A stretch of DNA of 64,000 nucleotides from an uncultured Gammaproteobacteria bacterium (lineage in GTDB: Bacteria > Pseudomonadota > Gammaproteobacteria > Pseudomonadales > JAHEGP01): assembly GCA_963792875.1 (NCBI GenBank), contig CAWBXV010000004.1:665-64664 (forward strand). Reading direction: 5' to 3'. How positions within the stretch are numbered: position 1 is the stretch's first letter; each line of letters opens with the position of its first letter. This document shows positions 53,745 through 64,000 of the stretch, one piece after another. The translations under genes were made by a program, and so were the position numbers. The notes beneath the pieces are model-generated. The model did no database searches, was not told the origin of the DNA, and was given only the letters and a program-made list of their open reading frames with translations.

Positions 53745-54296
53745 TTGATCAATCGCTGCTCAATCGCCGCCGTAGCGAAACGACCGCTTTTCCTCACCAT
53801 TGAAATGAGGCAAGGTGCCGTTTTCGTTCAGTCTGGAATTCGATCAGTGGAAGTTGTAGGCGAAGAAATCAGAACAGAGGCGATGGATCATCATGGTCTG
53901 GTGGCGGCAGTTTGTAAAGAACTCAAAATTGCCGAAAGAATCGACCAGGTACTGTATCAGGAAGATACCGGCCGGGTCGTAACGCCGGGGGAATCGGTCG
54001 TCGCGATGATCATCAATGGATTGGGTTTCACCAATCGCCGATTGTACTTGATGGGGCAATTTTTCAAGAACAAGCCGATAGAAAAGCTCATCGCGCCGGG
54101 CTTGAGGGCCGAAGATATCACCTACGACGCGCTGGCTGCCACGCTGGATGATATAGGGCAGTATGGCGAGAGCCGACTGTTCGGCGAAGTGGCGCTGGAC
54201 ATTGCACTGGAAAACCAGTTGCTGGGCTCTCTCAACCCGTCAGTTGCATACGCCAGCGCGCCCTGCAATCGTAACTCATTGATTCAAATGCTTTAG
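53745..54296 (+). pseudogene. IS1634-family transposase N-terminal fragment
   Basis: DHHGLVAAVC, AMIINGLGF..RRLYL..QFF; truncated. Confidence 0.8.
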
Positions 54297-54384
54297 TTTG
54301 ACTTACGCGCCAATCTCTGGATTTCACCCACGGTGAGATCCAGAATCGTTCGAAAAACCCATGAATTTCAGCATATATAAAAAA

Positions 54385-55442
54385 GGGGGTGGTCAGCTAG
54401 CGCCTCCAACCACTATATGTTGTGGTGTTGCCAATCAAAACCATGAGCAATTTCGTGCTCGATTATGGGGTTCGTATTGACAGCCTGTTCAAGTAATCTG
54501 AAAAATACCAGTCCACGACAACGTGATGTGCGACGGTTGAATCGGAAAGTAAATTCTTCAAGGTACGATTGCAAATGCTCATTGCCAACAGATCCCTGGT
54601 GTGTGCCGAGAATCCATCGTTTGAGAAGACTCGCAATACGGTGAACGCCCGGCATAGAAACGTGTGCAGGATCATCGTTGGATGAAAGTATCTTCTTTTG
54701 GTGCACATAACCATTCTGTTGTAGTTCATTGTAGCCACCCCAGCCATCTGTTTGTACAGTCGTACCCGGTGCCACCCCATCACAGACAAATGGAACCAAG
54801 CTGTCCCCCGATGCATCAGGAATATGGCGCATCCGAATGCGACCAAACCCCTTTGGCTCTTTGAGCTCAACAGCAATAACAACGATGGCTTTATCAGCAC
54901 CGCGCCCTCGCTTTCCGCCACGATCGATACCCCCCACAAAGCTCTCATCGATCTCTACAATTCCAGAAAGCTGTTCTCGTTCGCTCCGCACCATGGCAAT
55001 ACGGTACCGATGAAGCATCTTCCATGCTGTACGGTAGCTTGTGCCCAATGTTCTCTGCAGCGTTTTTGCAGATAAGCCATTCTTGGCCGTCGTCATGTGC
55101 CATGCAGTTTCAAACCAAGTCGTAAAAGGCGTGCGCGTTTTGTCGAATATTGTACCTCTAGTTGCGGTTGTTTGATGACGACATCGAGGGCAAACCAGTC
55201 TCCCACGAGTTTGACGCCACGGCTCCGAAACAGAACTACAGGCCGGGCAGATAAAACCATTCGGCCAACGTAGCTTCACAAGATAGGCGATACAGGATTC
55301 CTCATCAGGAAACCACTCCACAAATTCCCGATATATTCGTGGGTAGTCAATCCCTGCTTTTGGGGTTGTCCGTGTTTGCGCTTGATCTCGTAAATCGTTC
55401 ACCCCTATATCTTGTGCCAGGAGGCGCTAGTTGACCACCCCC
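54385..55442 (-). mobile_element. IS1595-family element
   Basis: 23-bp IRs GGGGGTGGTCA(G/A)CTAGCGCCTCC; no matching TSD. Confidence 0.88.
54413..55402 (-). CDS. IS1595-family transposase
   Basis: RWPNGFICPAC zinc ribbon, VEIDE, TDGW, YLEEFTFRFNRR. Confidence 0.93.
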   Translation of the reverse strand: MNDLRDQAQTRTTPKAGIDYPRIYREFVEWFPDEESCIAYLVKLRWPNGFICPACSSVSEPWRQTRGRLVCPRCRHQTTATRGTIFDKTRTPFTTWFETAWHMTTAKNGLSAKTLQRTLGTSYRTAWKMLHRYRIAMVRSEREQLSGIVEIDESFVGGIDRGGKRGRGADKAIVVIAVELKEPKGFGRIRMRHIPDASGDSLVPFVCDGVAPGTTVQTDGWGGYNELQQNGYVHQKKILSSNDDPAHVSMPGVHRIASLLKRWILGTHQGSVGNEHLQSYLEEFTFRFNRRTSRCRGLVFFRLLEQAVNTNPIIEHEIAHGFDWQHHNI

Positions 55443-55645
55443 TTAAGATCTATATGCTCGGCTTTGCTGATCGTCACCTGCTGCTGCGAGAAAGGATTTC
55501 TGGCCAGGACATCATCGCAACTTTGCAGCAACGATCGGTCGGCGGTAATGTCAGCAGCGCTCTCCATGGAACCTGTTATACACTATCGATCCCGGTGTGT
55601 ACACCGTACTTTTATAAACCCGGAAGGGCTGGGCCGAATATTTAC
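55443..55645 (-). mobile_element. Truncated second copy of the IS66-DUF4338 element left end
   Basis: Near-identical reverse complement of 43501-43700. Confidence 0.92.
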
Positions 55646-55723
55646 GGCAAGCTCGGCTTAACCCATTGATATAATGGGCGTTACGCCAATAACGCTTCGG
55701 AAGAAGCTAAACCGAGCTTGCCC

Positions 55724-56344
55724 ATGAGCCATTCTACCCCAGAGCAATTGTCGTTTTCTCCTGTCAATGGCTTTACCGTCCGAGGCGATTTCAGCGGTGG
55801 TGCACTGTCTTCCGACTTCGGGCCCATGATCCTGCGCGGGGTCGACCAACAAACGGGTTTGATTCGGCAATTGAGTGCTGCTATCCGGGATCAGCGGCAC
55901 CCCTCCTATATCGATCATCCCCTTGAGGACTTGCTGCGGCAACGCATCTTTCAGGTCGCCTGTGGCTACGAAGACGCCAACGACGCCAATGCGCTCCGCC
56001 AGGACCCGTTGTTCAAGCTAGGACTTGAGCGCACACCCCTGGATGCTGATCAGGACCTGGCCAGAGGCCCCACCTTTTCACGTCTGGAAAACGCGGTGAC
56101 AGTGCGCGACCTGTACCGTATGGCCCGGGTTTTTGTCGATCAGTTCATTGCCAGCTACACCGAACCGCCCGAGTTGATGGTGCTGGACATGGACCACTCG
56201 GAGGACCCCGCCCACGGGCGTGTGGTGCAGTACAAAGACCGCATCAAGCTGCAGCTGCCTTGCCATTGCCCCGTCAAGCACCTCCTGCATCGCGTGACAG
56301 CGATCCTCTACCAAGTCGAAGCGCCTACCTGGAATACCAGCTGA
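55724..56344 (+). pseudogene. IS1380-family transposase with a large in-frame internal deletion
   Basis: FSGGALSSDFG, GYEDANDA, PTFSRLEN, LDMD..DPAHG joined directly to the C-terminal RIKLQLP. Confidence 0.8.
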
Positions 56345-56673
56345 CCCTGGAAACGGCCCGCCCTTCCCCCTCTATCAGTCACACACCTGAGCGCAGGAGG
56401 GCTGACCTTGGCTTGCGTCCGAGAATTGATCATTTTTTAGCCGGAAAGCCTGGTAAGACCGCCCCACCCAGAGCGAACTTCGGCACTTTACAACTCGTCG
56501 AAGCAGGAAAGCGAGCTGCGACGATCACGATTTGGGTTCGCCAAATGGTTGAGCAGGCCGTTTATGAAATGATCGGGTTAGGTTCATAATTCCCCTAAAC
56601 TGCTGGCAACTTGCCAAAAAGTAGTCACTTATATAAAATGACATCAATGAATGCATTTATAGTAGGTGATGCC

Positions 56674-56925
56674 ATGGCAACTCTGACAGTTCGTAATTTG
56701 CCCGACGAGGTCCATCGCGCGTTACGTGTGCTCGCTGCAGGCCACGGTCGCAGCACTGAAGCCGAGGTGCGCGCCATACTGGAAGATGCGGTAAGACCCG
56801 AAGGGCGACTGAAGCTAGGTTCCTTGCTGGCGGATATTGGTCAACAGGCTCGACTAACCGACGAAGAAGCGGAGTTGATGACTCGGCGTGACCAATCCCT
56901 GCCTAGCCCGGTAAGTTTCGAATGA
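56674..56925 (+). CDS. FitA/StbC-like ribbon-helix-helix antitoxin
   Basis: MATLTVRNLPDEVHRALR..AA.HGRSTEAEVRAIL. Confidence 0.9.
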   Translation: MATLTVRNLPDEVHRALRVLAAGHGRSTEAEVRAILEDAVRPEGRLKLGSLLADIGQQARLTDEEAELMTRRDQSLPSPVSFE

Positions 56926-57341
56926 TCCTGATCGATACCAATGTCATCTCAGAACCGCTGCGTGCGGCGCCGGAACCCAAGGTTGTCGAGTGGCTCGACA
57001 TGCAACCACTGGAAACGCTCTATCTTTCGGTGATAACAATCGCTGAGCTGCGTTTCGGCGTAGCGCGGTTACCGGCTGGGAAGCGACGGAATACTTTGCT
57101 GGAACGACTGGAAACCCAAGTCATTCCATCGTTCGCTGGACGCGTGCTTACCTTCGATCTCGCTGCAACCCAGGCCTATGCCGACCTGATGTCCAAAGCA
57201 CAAAGTGCTGGGCTCGTCATTGGCATGGCCGATGGCTATATCGCTGCAATCGCTACAGTCAATGGCATGACGGTTGCCACGCGCGATGTCGCACCTTTTA
57301 AGGCAGCGGGTGTTTCCGTCATCAACCCTTGGTCTTCCTAA
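56922..57341 (+). CDS. vapC: PIN-domain toxin (VapC/FitB/StbB)
   Basis: ILIDTNVISE, AELRFG, ADGYIAA, ATRD; ATGA overlap with the antitoxin. Confidence 0.92.
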   Translation: MILIDTNVISEPLRAAPEPKVVEWLDMQPLETLYLSVITIAELRFGVARLPAGKRRNTLLERLETQVIPSFAGRVLTFDLAATQAYADLMSKAQSAGLVIGMADGYIAAIATVNGMTVATRDVAPFKAAGVSVINPWSS

Positions 57342-58407
57342 TGAGCCCCTGGTGCTTGAGCACTTGCTGGCAGGCCAGCATGGCCTTGGCATCGCGCTGA
57401 AAGCGCCTGATGTAGGGCTTGCAGGGAGGGAGTTCATCCAGGTTCGCCCGCAATCGAGCGAGCATCGATCCGGTGGCGGCCTCCCCGCTGGGGGAGTGCT
57501 TCAGCAGCGGATCGGCCCAATTGACCAGGCGGTGCAGGTTCATGAAGCGCGCCCTGGTGGAGACTTTGGGTGGCGCCAGACTGGCCAGCATTGTTTGCTT
57601 GAGATGTTTCGATACCCGTCCGCAGGCCGACACAGACGTTGAAAACAGCGGGTGTTCGCCATAGGTGTGTTTGAACAGGTTCGCGATCACATGCGACAGA
57701 TCAGCGATCGCTGGGTAGGGCCGCCCGCGTTCGGCCAGCAGGCAAACGGCCTTGTTGAGGTCGGTGCCGCCATCTTTCAGGATGGCACTGGGTGCGCCGG
57801 TCCTGGCGATCACCCGCTCCAGAAAGTCCGCTATCGAGGCCCCGTTCCACGCGTCCTCTACTGCCACCGCGACGCACCGCACATCCCGTAGGCGAGGCGC
57901 CACAGCGTGGGTGCCATGGTGCTGCAGCGGGAGGGTCAGCACGCTGAGGATCTTCCCTGAACCCAAGCCGATACTGAGGTCGATCATCCACACGTGGCCC
58001 TTGGCGAAAGGCGGCATCAGGGGGGTGTTTATGACCGCGGAGAGCGCTTGCATCCTGACCAGGGACAAGCGCGTGACCCAGTGGCTGACCGTTTGGGCGC
58101 AAGGCGCCTTGGGCAAGCCCCCGTGAGCGGCAAACACGGCCAGCGCGCGGGCGATGGCGCGGAAGCCGAGGCGAGCCTCGACAAACAAGCTCAGGGCCAG
58201 GTGGACCAGCGCGGTCTTCTGCCCGCCCGGGGGTGCCAGCTCGCTGCGCTCGGTGACTGGCACTGGTGTCGCCGCGGCCTTGAAACGGTCGCACTCCACG
58301 CTGAGCCGTGTGATCGTCCTGCGCTGCGCTCTGGCCGTCGCCCCGCGCTCGATGGCTTTTTGCTGCCACCGGTCCCGGCTTTGTTGTAACTTCCACCGTT
58401 CACTCAT
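57322..58407 (-). pseudogene. Probable unclassified DDE-type transposase, 3'-truncated
   Basis: Coiled-coil N-terminus, WMIDLSI, ILKDGGTDL, DLSHVIAN; lies among IS debris. Confidence 0.55.
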
Positions 58408-58478
58408 CCCGAAAAAAGACGGGATGATAAATCCAAGCGGCGCGTCGGGCTGCCCCCAAACGGTTGATGACCCCCCTC

Positions 58479-58781
58479 ATGACGGATAACGATCGCACCC
58501 AGGCCTCACCCATTCCAGGCGAGCACTGTCGCTTCTGCGGCGACACATCGGCACCGTTGGTGCAAACGCCGTGTTGTCACCAGTGGATTTGCTGTGACAC
58601 GGCCTGGGCCTCCTTTCAGGGCGGTGGTCGCTGTCAGTATGCGCACGAGCGCTTCAGCCTGTGCTACTCCCACTACATCGATGGCCATGACGGTCCGTGG
58701 CAGCGCTGCCAGACCTGCAAAGACTTCTGGGACCCAATGCAGTACGAGGAGCTGTCCAGAAACGCCATCCCCAGATTCTAG
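58479..58781 (+). CDS. Small Cys/His-rich hypothetical protein
   Basis: CRFC, PCC..WICC, C...H, C..H...H, CQTC. Confidence 0.65.
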   Translation: MTDNDRTQASPIPGEHCRFCGDTSAPLVQTPCCHQWICCDTAWASFQGGGRCQYAHERFSLCYSHYIDGHDGPWQRCQTCKDFWDPMQYEELSRNAIPRF

Positions 58782-58854
58782 AAAAGTGGCTGCATGAGCG
58801 ACGGATGGGGCCTCAAACCTCGGGTCCAATTCCTGGGGATGAAAATACCCCTAA

Positions 58855-59336
58855 ATGGGGCCCTTTTGGACACCCCACTTCAAACGGCAGGTCAAGGTGG
58901 TGTTACTGCGTCGGGGGGTGGCCGGCAAAGTGGGTCACGCGCTGTTGTTTTCCACCGATCTGACGCTGGATGCGCAGCAGATCATCGCCTGGTACAAGGC
59001 GCGCTTTCAGATTGAATTCCTGTTCCGTGACGGCAAACAATTCGCCGGTCTGATGGATTGCCAGGCGCGTTGCAAGGAGGCGATCCATACGCATATCAAT
59101 GCCTCGCTGACAGCGCTCGATCTGATCAAGCTGGAGGATCGGCGCAACAAGGGCACGAATCGACCGACGGTGATCTCGATCGCGTCCTGGCGCCGTAAAA
59201 AATGCAATGAAAATCTGATGGATAGACTTTTTGAGCGCTTGGGTCTGGACACGGATCGTACGAAAAAGTAGCACAGATTTATAACGAGTTCAGTGATTAC
59301 GGCGCTATAGCGGCATGAAAACTGTCCGAACCATTG
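58855..59336 (+). mobile_element. IS4-like transposase 3' fragment with right IR
   Basis: YKARFQIEFLFRDGKQ (YREK motif); IR AAAACTGTCCGAACCATTG at 59318-59336. Confidence 0.82.
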
Positions 59337-59547
59337 GTACCCGGAAAGGCCGCTCAACCTAGTCTGCTTTCCGGCGCCAGTTCAATTCCTGTTTGGGAAT
59401 CGAACCCGCGTCCGACGCCCCGACCAAATGCACACCCATTTACACCCATTCGAGCCGGGTGTCCTTGGATGCAATGCAACTGCATTGACAAGACAATGCG
59501 ACCGCATTACCAGTCAAGCATCAACCCCAGATCCGCAGGAGACTGCC

Positions 59548-59877
59548 ATGGCCGCGACCCTCGAAGTCGAATCCACACTCACCGATCGCTACCAGACCAC
59601 GGTGCCGGAAACCGTGCGTCGTGCCCTCAAGCTGGGCAAGCGCGACAAGATCCACTACACCATTCGCCCCAGCGGAGAGGTGGTGCTGACGCGCGTCGAA
59701 GCATCCGACGGTGATGACCCGGTGCTCGGTCAGTTCCTCGGCTTCCTGGCCGCCGACATCACTCGCCATCCCGAGCGGCTGCAAGCTGTAGATGCCGGCC
59801 TCGTCCAACGCATCCAGACGCTGGTCGGCGGCGTCGATGTCGATCTCGATGCCGCCCTGTCGGAAGGCGATGAATGA
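59548..59877 (+). CDS. prlF: PrlF/SohA antitoxin
   Basis: STLTDRYQTTVPETVRRAL, DDPVLGQFLGFLA.DI. Confidence 0.92.
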   Translation: MAATLEVESTLTDRYQTTVPETVRRALKLGKRDKIHYTIRPSGEVVLTRVEASDGDDPVLGQFLGFLAADITRHPERLQAVDAGLVQRIQTLVGGVDVDLDAALSEGDE

Positions 59878-60353
59878 GCGCAGGGAAGCCTGAGCCCTTG
59901 GTCATTCATGGCTGGACGGTCTTCGCCCATCCACTGTTCCTGGCGCAGATTGAAGCGCTGGCGCGGCAGGCGAGACTCTGAAGCAGAAGGACCCGGCCGG
60001 GTACGTAAAAAAGAACGCCAGCAAACGGCTGGTCGCGATCACCAAGCTGGCGTTCGATGTCGTCCCGCAAGATCCGACGCGACCCGGAGTACCGCCAGGG
60101 TGGGACGCTCGGTGACGATCACAAGCACTGGTTCCGGGCCAAGTTCTTCCAGCAGTGCCGTCTATTCTTCCGTTACCATGCTCCGAGCAAGGTGATCGTC
60201 TACGCCTGGGTGAATGACGAAGGCACCAAACGCGCCTACGAAAGCAGCGACGACGCCTACCGGGTGTTCCGCAAGATGCTGGAAAGCGGGCATCCACCTG
60301 ATGACTGGGATCAGCTTCTGGCTGAGGCGCCGAAAGAATCGCAGCGGCTGTAG
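59874..60353 (+). pseudogene. yhaV: YhaV toxin, two frameshifts (near 59970 and 60083)
   Basis: HGWTVFAHPLF / KKNASKRL / YRQGGTLG..HWFRAKFFQQ..AWVNDE spread over shifted frames. Confidence 0.85.
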
Positions 60354-60535
60354 GAATCACTGGCCGGGGCGGCAGCAGCACAGTGATGGCGGCACGCGGC
60401 ATTCTGAGTGAGGCGAATGAGCCGGCCAATCTCCGCAAAAACTGCGGTGAATGGCCAGCGTCTCGAAAACTCTTGGCTCGCGGGCGGAACAGCGCCTTCA
60501 TGGACTCCTGCCAACTCATTCGGACGGAGACCAAG

Positions 60536-60748
60536 ATGGAAGTCGCTCACCTCAACCAAAAACAACTGGCCGCCCACTGGAGCATCAGCGAGGCCACCCT
60601 GGAGCGCTGGCGCAGCGAGTAGATCGGGCCCAAGTTCCTGAAGCTCTGCGGCCGGGTGCTCTACCGGCAGGTCGACATCGAGGCCTACGAGGAGTCGTGC
60701 CTGGCGACATCGACGAAGACCGCCACGGCGCAGGTCAGTGCCGGCTGA
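60536..60748 (+). pseudogene. AlpA/excisionase-like HTH protein with an in-frame TAG at 60620
   Basis: HLNQKQLAAHW.ISEATLERWRSE*IGPKFLKL.GRVLYR. Confidence 0.8.
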
Positions 60749-60896
60749 GAGGTTCCGTTTCGTCGGTAGATACCGACGGGCGCATTCCCGAATCGTGGGC
60801 ACATGAGCGTCGATACTTCTAAGGATGGGCTTTAAATAGGCTGCCCAAGGCGCTACGTTACCGGCCATTTTTGTTCGCGCAAAGACGGTCAATAAC

Positions 60897-62308
60897 ATGA
60901 GCAAGCACTTGGGCAGCAGCGTCATTGTTACAGATATCGAGGCTCGTATCCAAACATTGACCGAGGCATTCTGGCAGGTCGCTTCGACTGATGAGCTTCC
61001 GACCTCAGCCGCAGAGCTCGAAGCGCGGGAGCAACAATTACAGGGTCAGACGCGCGAGTTGGCAGATTTGTTGGTAGCACATCAAGTGCAGCAGGCACTC
61101 AACAGCGCAGAACTCGGGCACGGCGCGCAGGAGTTGATAAGACGCCAACCAGGGAAATTGCGGGACTGCGGCCGGCGATTGGTTCGGATCCGCTTCGCCG
61201 GCGGGACTGCCGTGTACTTGACTATTGCGCGAGGAAGTGCGACGAGAAGAGGGCCTCCGGCAAACGAAAGAAGGGAATGTTTCCCGGCCTGTACCTCCTG
61301 GGCATTCACGAGCGCTGCACGCGGGATTGGCTGCAGAAATAGCCCTGACCAGCGCTGCGTTGTGTCTGTCTTGAGGAAGCCCGGCAGATGCTGGATAACC
61401 ACGGGAGTCTGCTCAACATCAAAACCATCCGCGACGTGGTCAAGCGCTTTGCGGCCCGTGCCCGGGTGGCGCAGCAATAATCAGGCGACAGCGAATGGGT
61501 GGCGGATCAGGCGTCGGTTCAGGGACGCCGTGTGGTCGTGTCGACGGATGGTGGACGTCGGCGTATTCGCGAGAAGCGAGGACCGAAGGCCCGCAAAGGG
61601 TATAGCCGATACAAAACGGATTGGCGTGAACCCAAGCTGTTTATCATCTATATCGCCAACGATGAGGGGCGGCAGGAAAGGTGCTTCCGCCCTTTCCTGG
61701 ACGGCACCCTGGAGGGGCCTGATGCGGTGTTCGGTATGATCGCTTACTACCTTGATAAGCTGAAGGTATCGGCTGCCGACCAGGTTCTTTTTGTCGCTGA
61801 CGGCGCCCGTTGGATCTCGGGATCGAGTCAAGCCTCTGCTGGCCGCTTTGGGGCCGAAGGCCAGCCAGCATTTCGAGTTGATCGATTTCTATCATGCCGT
61901 TGAGCATCTGAGCGCATTCGCCAGGTTGAAGCCAGGCGCTGGTCGACGCTGGAGCGGAGACAGCTGGGTACCGGAAGCAGCGACGACGCCTGCGGAGGAG
62001 ACCACGTTGAGGCGGTCGTCGAAGAGCTCCGGTTGGAGTGCAAGGGTTACGAAGAGGCGCCTTGCTGCGTCGAGGACGTGACTGCTTCATCAGAAACCAG
62101 ATGCGCATGCGCTCTGGCAAGGTGTCTGATGCGCAGATGCCCATTGGCAGTGGCGCCAATGAGAGAGTTGGATGCTCCGCCGCGTCGTGAATATGCGCTT
62201 GGAGGGTGCCGGCATATTCTGGAATGATGACACTGCCAACGAAATGCTCATGCTGCGCTGTTACTACAAGGCCGGGCGGTGGGACGACGTAAAATCCGGG
62301 CTCTAAGA
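60897..62308 (+). pseudogene. ISKra4-family transposase, multiply frameshifted
   Basis: VSTDGG, WREPKL, ADGARWI, IDFYHAVEHL, PIGSGA, GIFW pieces in several frames. Confidence 0.75.
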
Positions 62309-62325
62309 ACCCGGAATTGCTCAAT

Positions 62326-62530
62326 GCCCCCTATAAGGGGGCTCTATAAGCCAGCCTTCTGAGAAGGCTGGCCGAGTTGTCCCAGTTCGGCCCTATCTAT
62401 CCAGCTTCATTTTTAATTGAAGCTCTTCCTGCTTCTGCTGGTAGCGCACGTATTTGCGGATCATGTCGGCATCAACTCCGACAGTATCTACACAGTAACC
62501 ATTGGCCCAAAAATGGTTACCCCAATAGGG
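62326..62530 (-). mobile_element. IS200/IS605 tnpA 3' fragment with right-end hairpins
   Basis: YWGNHFWANGYCVDTVG...IRKYVRYQ; hairpins at 62326-62342 and 62350-62372. Confidence 0.82.
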
Positions 62531-62828
62531 GCAGATGCCAGGCTTCCACTCATTGCCGCAGGCCGGTGAATAGCCGGAGGTACCCTTGGCCGACTCCCAG
62601 CGCAGGGGGTAGACATCTTCGCGCCCCCGGAACAGGCGGCGGAAGAGGGCGATCTTGTCGTCGGTGGTGAAACGGGTTTGAAGCTGCTGCCGATGCCGTT
62701 GGGGCGGAAATGTATGCATGAGCGGTCTGCTCCTCCCAGGCGATGCCGTGCTGGGTCAGCAGGTCCATGATGCAAGCGTTCTCCTCGCGCAGCCGCTGCA
62801 GTTCATCTTGTTCGCCACCCGATACCAT
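62530..62828 (-). pseudogene. N-terminal fragment of an AEP-primase/DEAD-helicase (TOTE-type) protein
   Basis: KIALFRRLFRGREDVYPLRWES..GYSPACGNEW; frameshifted and cut by the IS200 fragment. Confidence 0.7.
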
Positions 62829-62913
62829 CTCTTGTGAACATCTCCATCGAACTGAAATGCCATGGCCCATTTGTCAGAAACCATGTCGTGAGTTTGGCGC
62901 TAGTTTTCCTCTA

Positions 62914-63928
62914 CTACTCGTCAGCATGGTGTTGCAGCCAACGCTGGCCTTTACCCGTCAACCGATAGCGCTGGGTCGGACTGCGCGGGGAATCGGGTTG
63001 CGTGCGCTCGATCCATTCGTCTTCCAGGGCCGGGTTGAGGTAGTTGTTCCGGAACGTGGGACGGTGGGACAAACCCAAAGCCTGCATTAAATCGTTGCTG
63101 CCCAGCTCGCCGCTCCCAATCGCACGGATCAAGGCCGCTACTTGGTCGCCTACTTGGTCGCCTACTTGGTCGGTCGACACAGCTTCGCGCACGGCATCGT
63201 GCAACGCACTCAGCATGAACTCGACAAAAGGAGTGGCATCCGCCTGCTGATCAGCCACCGCGAGTACCCGGTAATAATCCTCCTGACGATCACGGATCAC
63301 TGTCTCCACGGGCAGGTAAGCCAGCAGTGGCTTCCAGTTCCGGAGAATCAGGGGTTCGCCATACTCGGCCCATGCGGCCGTTGCCGTCGGCAAAGGGGTG
63401 GATGAACTCGAATTCGTAGTGAAAGATGCAACTGACAACCAAGGGATGCTCGCGGGTAGTTGCAAGCCAACCCAGCAGATCCGCCATCAGCTTGGACGCG
63501 TTCAGCGGGAGGAGCCATGTGTACCAGCTGCTCTCCCCGGAAGATGCCGACTCCGCCGGATCGATAGCGACCCGTTTCATCCACCAGCCCGCGCATCAAC
63601 AACTCATGAGCCGCCAACAGATCCTTCTCGACACAGGTGTCCCAGTCATCCATGGCTTCGTAGGTCGCAAAGGCGTTACGCACCTCCTGAACTTCGCGTG
63701 GGTGCCCCAGCACCCGTTTGCCCTCAATCACGGCGCTTACCTGTTCAAGGGTGAGCGTGTTGTTCTCTATGGCCAGCGAAGCCTGATGGTGCGGATGCGG
63801 TTCTCCCGGCGCAGACGCGGAGTGAGGTTCTGTTCGGCCAGCACAGAGTAACGGCCGATGGTTTCGGCGATCTCGGCGACCAGATTCACAATCGCCGGAG
63901 TGATGGTGTAGGGTGGCTGATATTTCAT
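62914..63928 (-). pseudogene. Fic-family protein with C-terminal HTH, three frameshifts
   Basis: YQPPYTIT, SLAIENN, HPFADGNGRMGR, SPTQRYRLT across frames. Confidence 0.85.
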
Positions 63929-64000
63929 CTTATCTTCAGCGCTGGAAACCCCTTCCTTCAGGTAGGTGAGGAAAGCACTGTCGATAGTTTGCTCTCACAC

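Larger units (their letters stand above)
41534..64000. mobile_element. Decayed genomic island at tRNA-Pro, extending beyond the window
   Basis: Drop in GC, many IS fragments, TA modules, terS, AlpA-like gene, pseudogenes. Confidence 0.85.

Noticed and set aside
60620-60622. Recoded amber codon in the HTH gene
   Set aside because: No pyl machinery seen and neighbouring genes are also decayed; a nonsense mutation or error is simpler
62393-62719. Novel primase-TnpA fusion protein
   Set aside because: Chance in-frame junction of two truncated genes
63138-63173. 12-bp tandem repeat in the Fic gene
   Set aside because: Encodes the DQVG linker repeats common in this Fic subfamily

Overview
GC-rich gammaproteobacterial chromosome segment; gene order and content resemble Cellvibrionales/Oceanospirillales (inference). 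Bases 1-1428 are probably the end of an island abutting the 3' end of tRNA-Leu(CAG). Bases 1.5-41.5 kb are core genome: lhgO-like oxidase, rnr, rlmB, rpsF-rpsR-membrane protein-rplI, dnaB, a DnaT-repeat/lambda-P-like pair, radA, ettA, a PAS-GGDEF-EAL protein, glyA, nrdR-ribD-ribBX-ribH-nusB-thiL-pgpA, cysE, srkA, modABC, comF, bioB-bioF-(bioH-bioC fusion)-bioD and an acyl-CoA dehydrogenase. From tRNA-Pro(CGG) (41457-41533) to the window end lies a decayed, IS-riddled island. It holds a satellite/PICI-like remnant (inverted CCCGGACA repeats plus a small terminase gene) interrupted by a 116-bp MITE and by an intact IS66-type element carrying a DUF4338/DruA-like gene. It also holds a tightly coupled four-gene operon (permuted NlpC/P60 enzyme, two bicovalent-FAD BBE-like oxidases, NAPE-PLD-like metallo-hydrolase), which is the best candidate for an undescribed system, plus two TA modules and many IS fragments and frameshifted genes. 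All family calls come from motif recognition by eye, not database searches.
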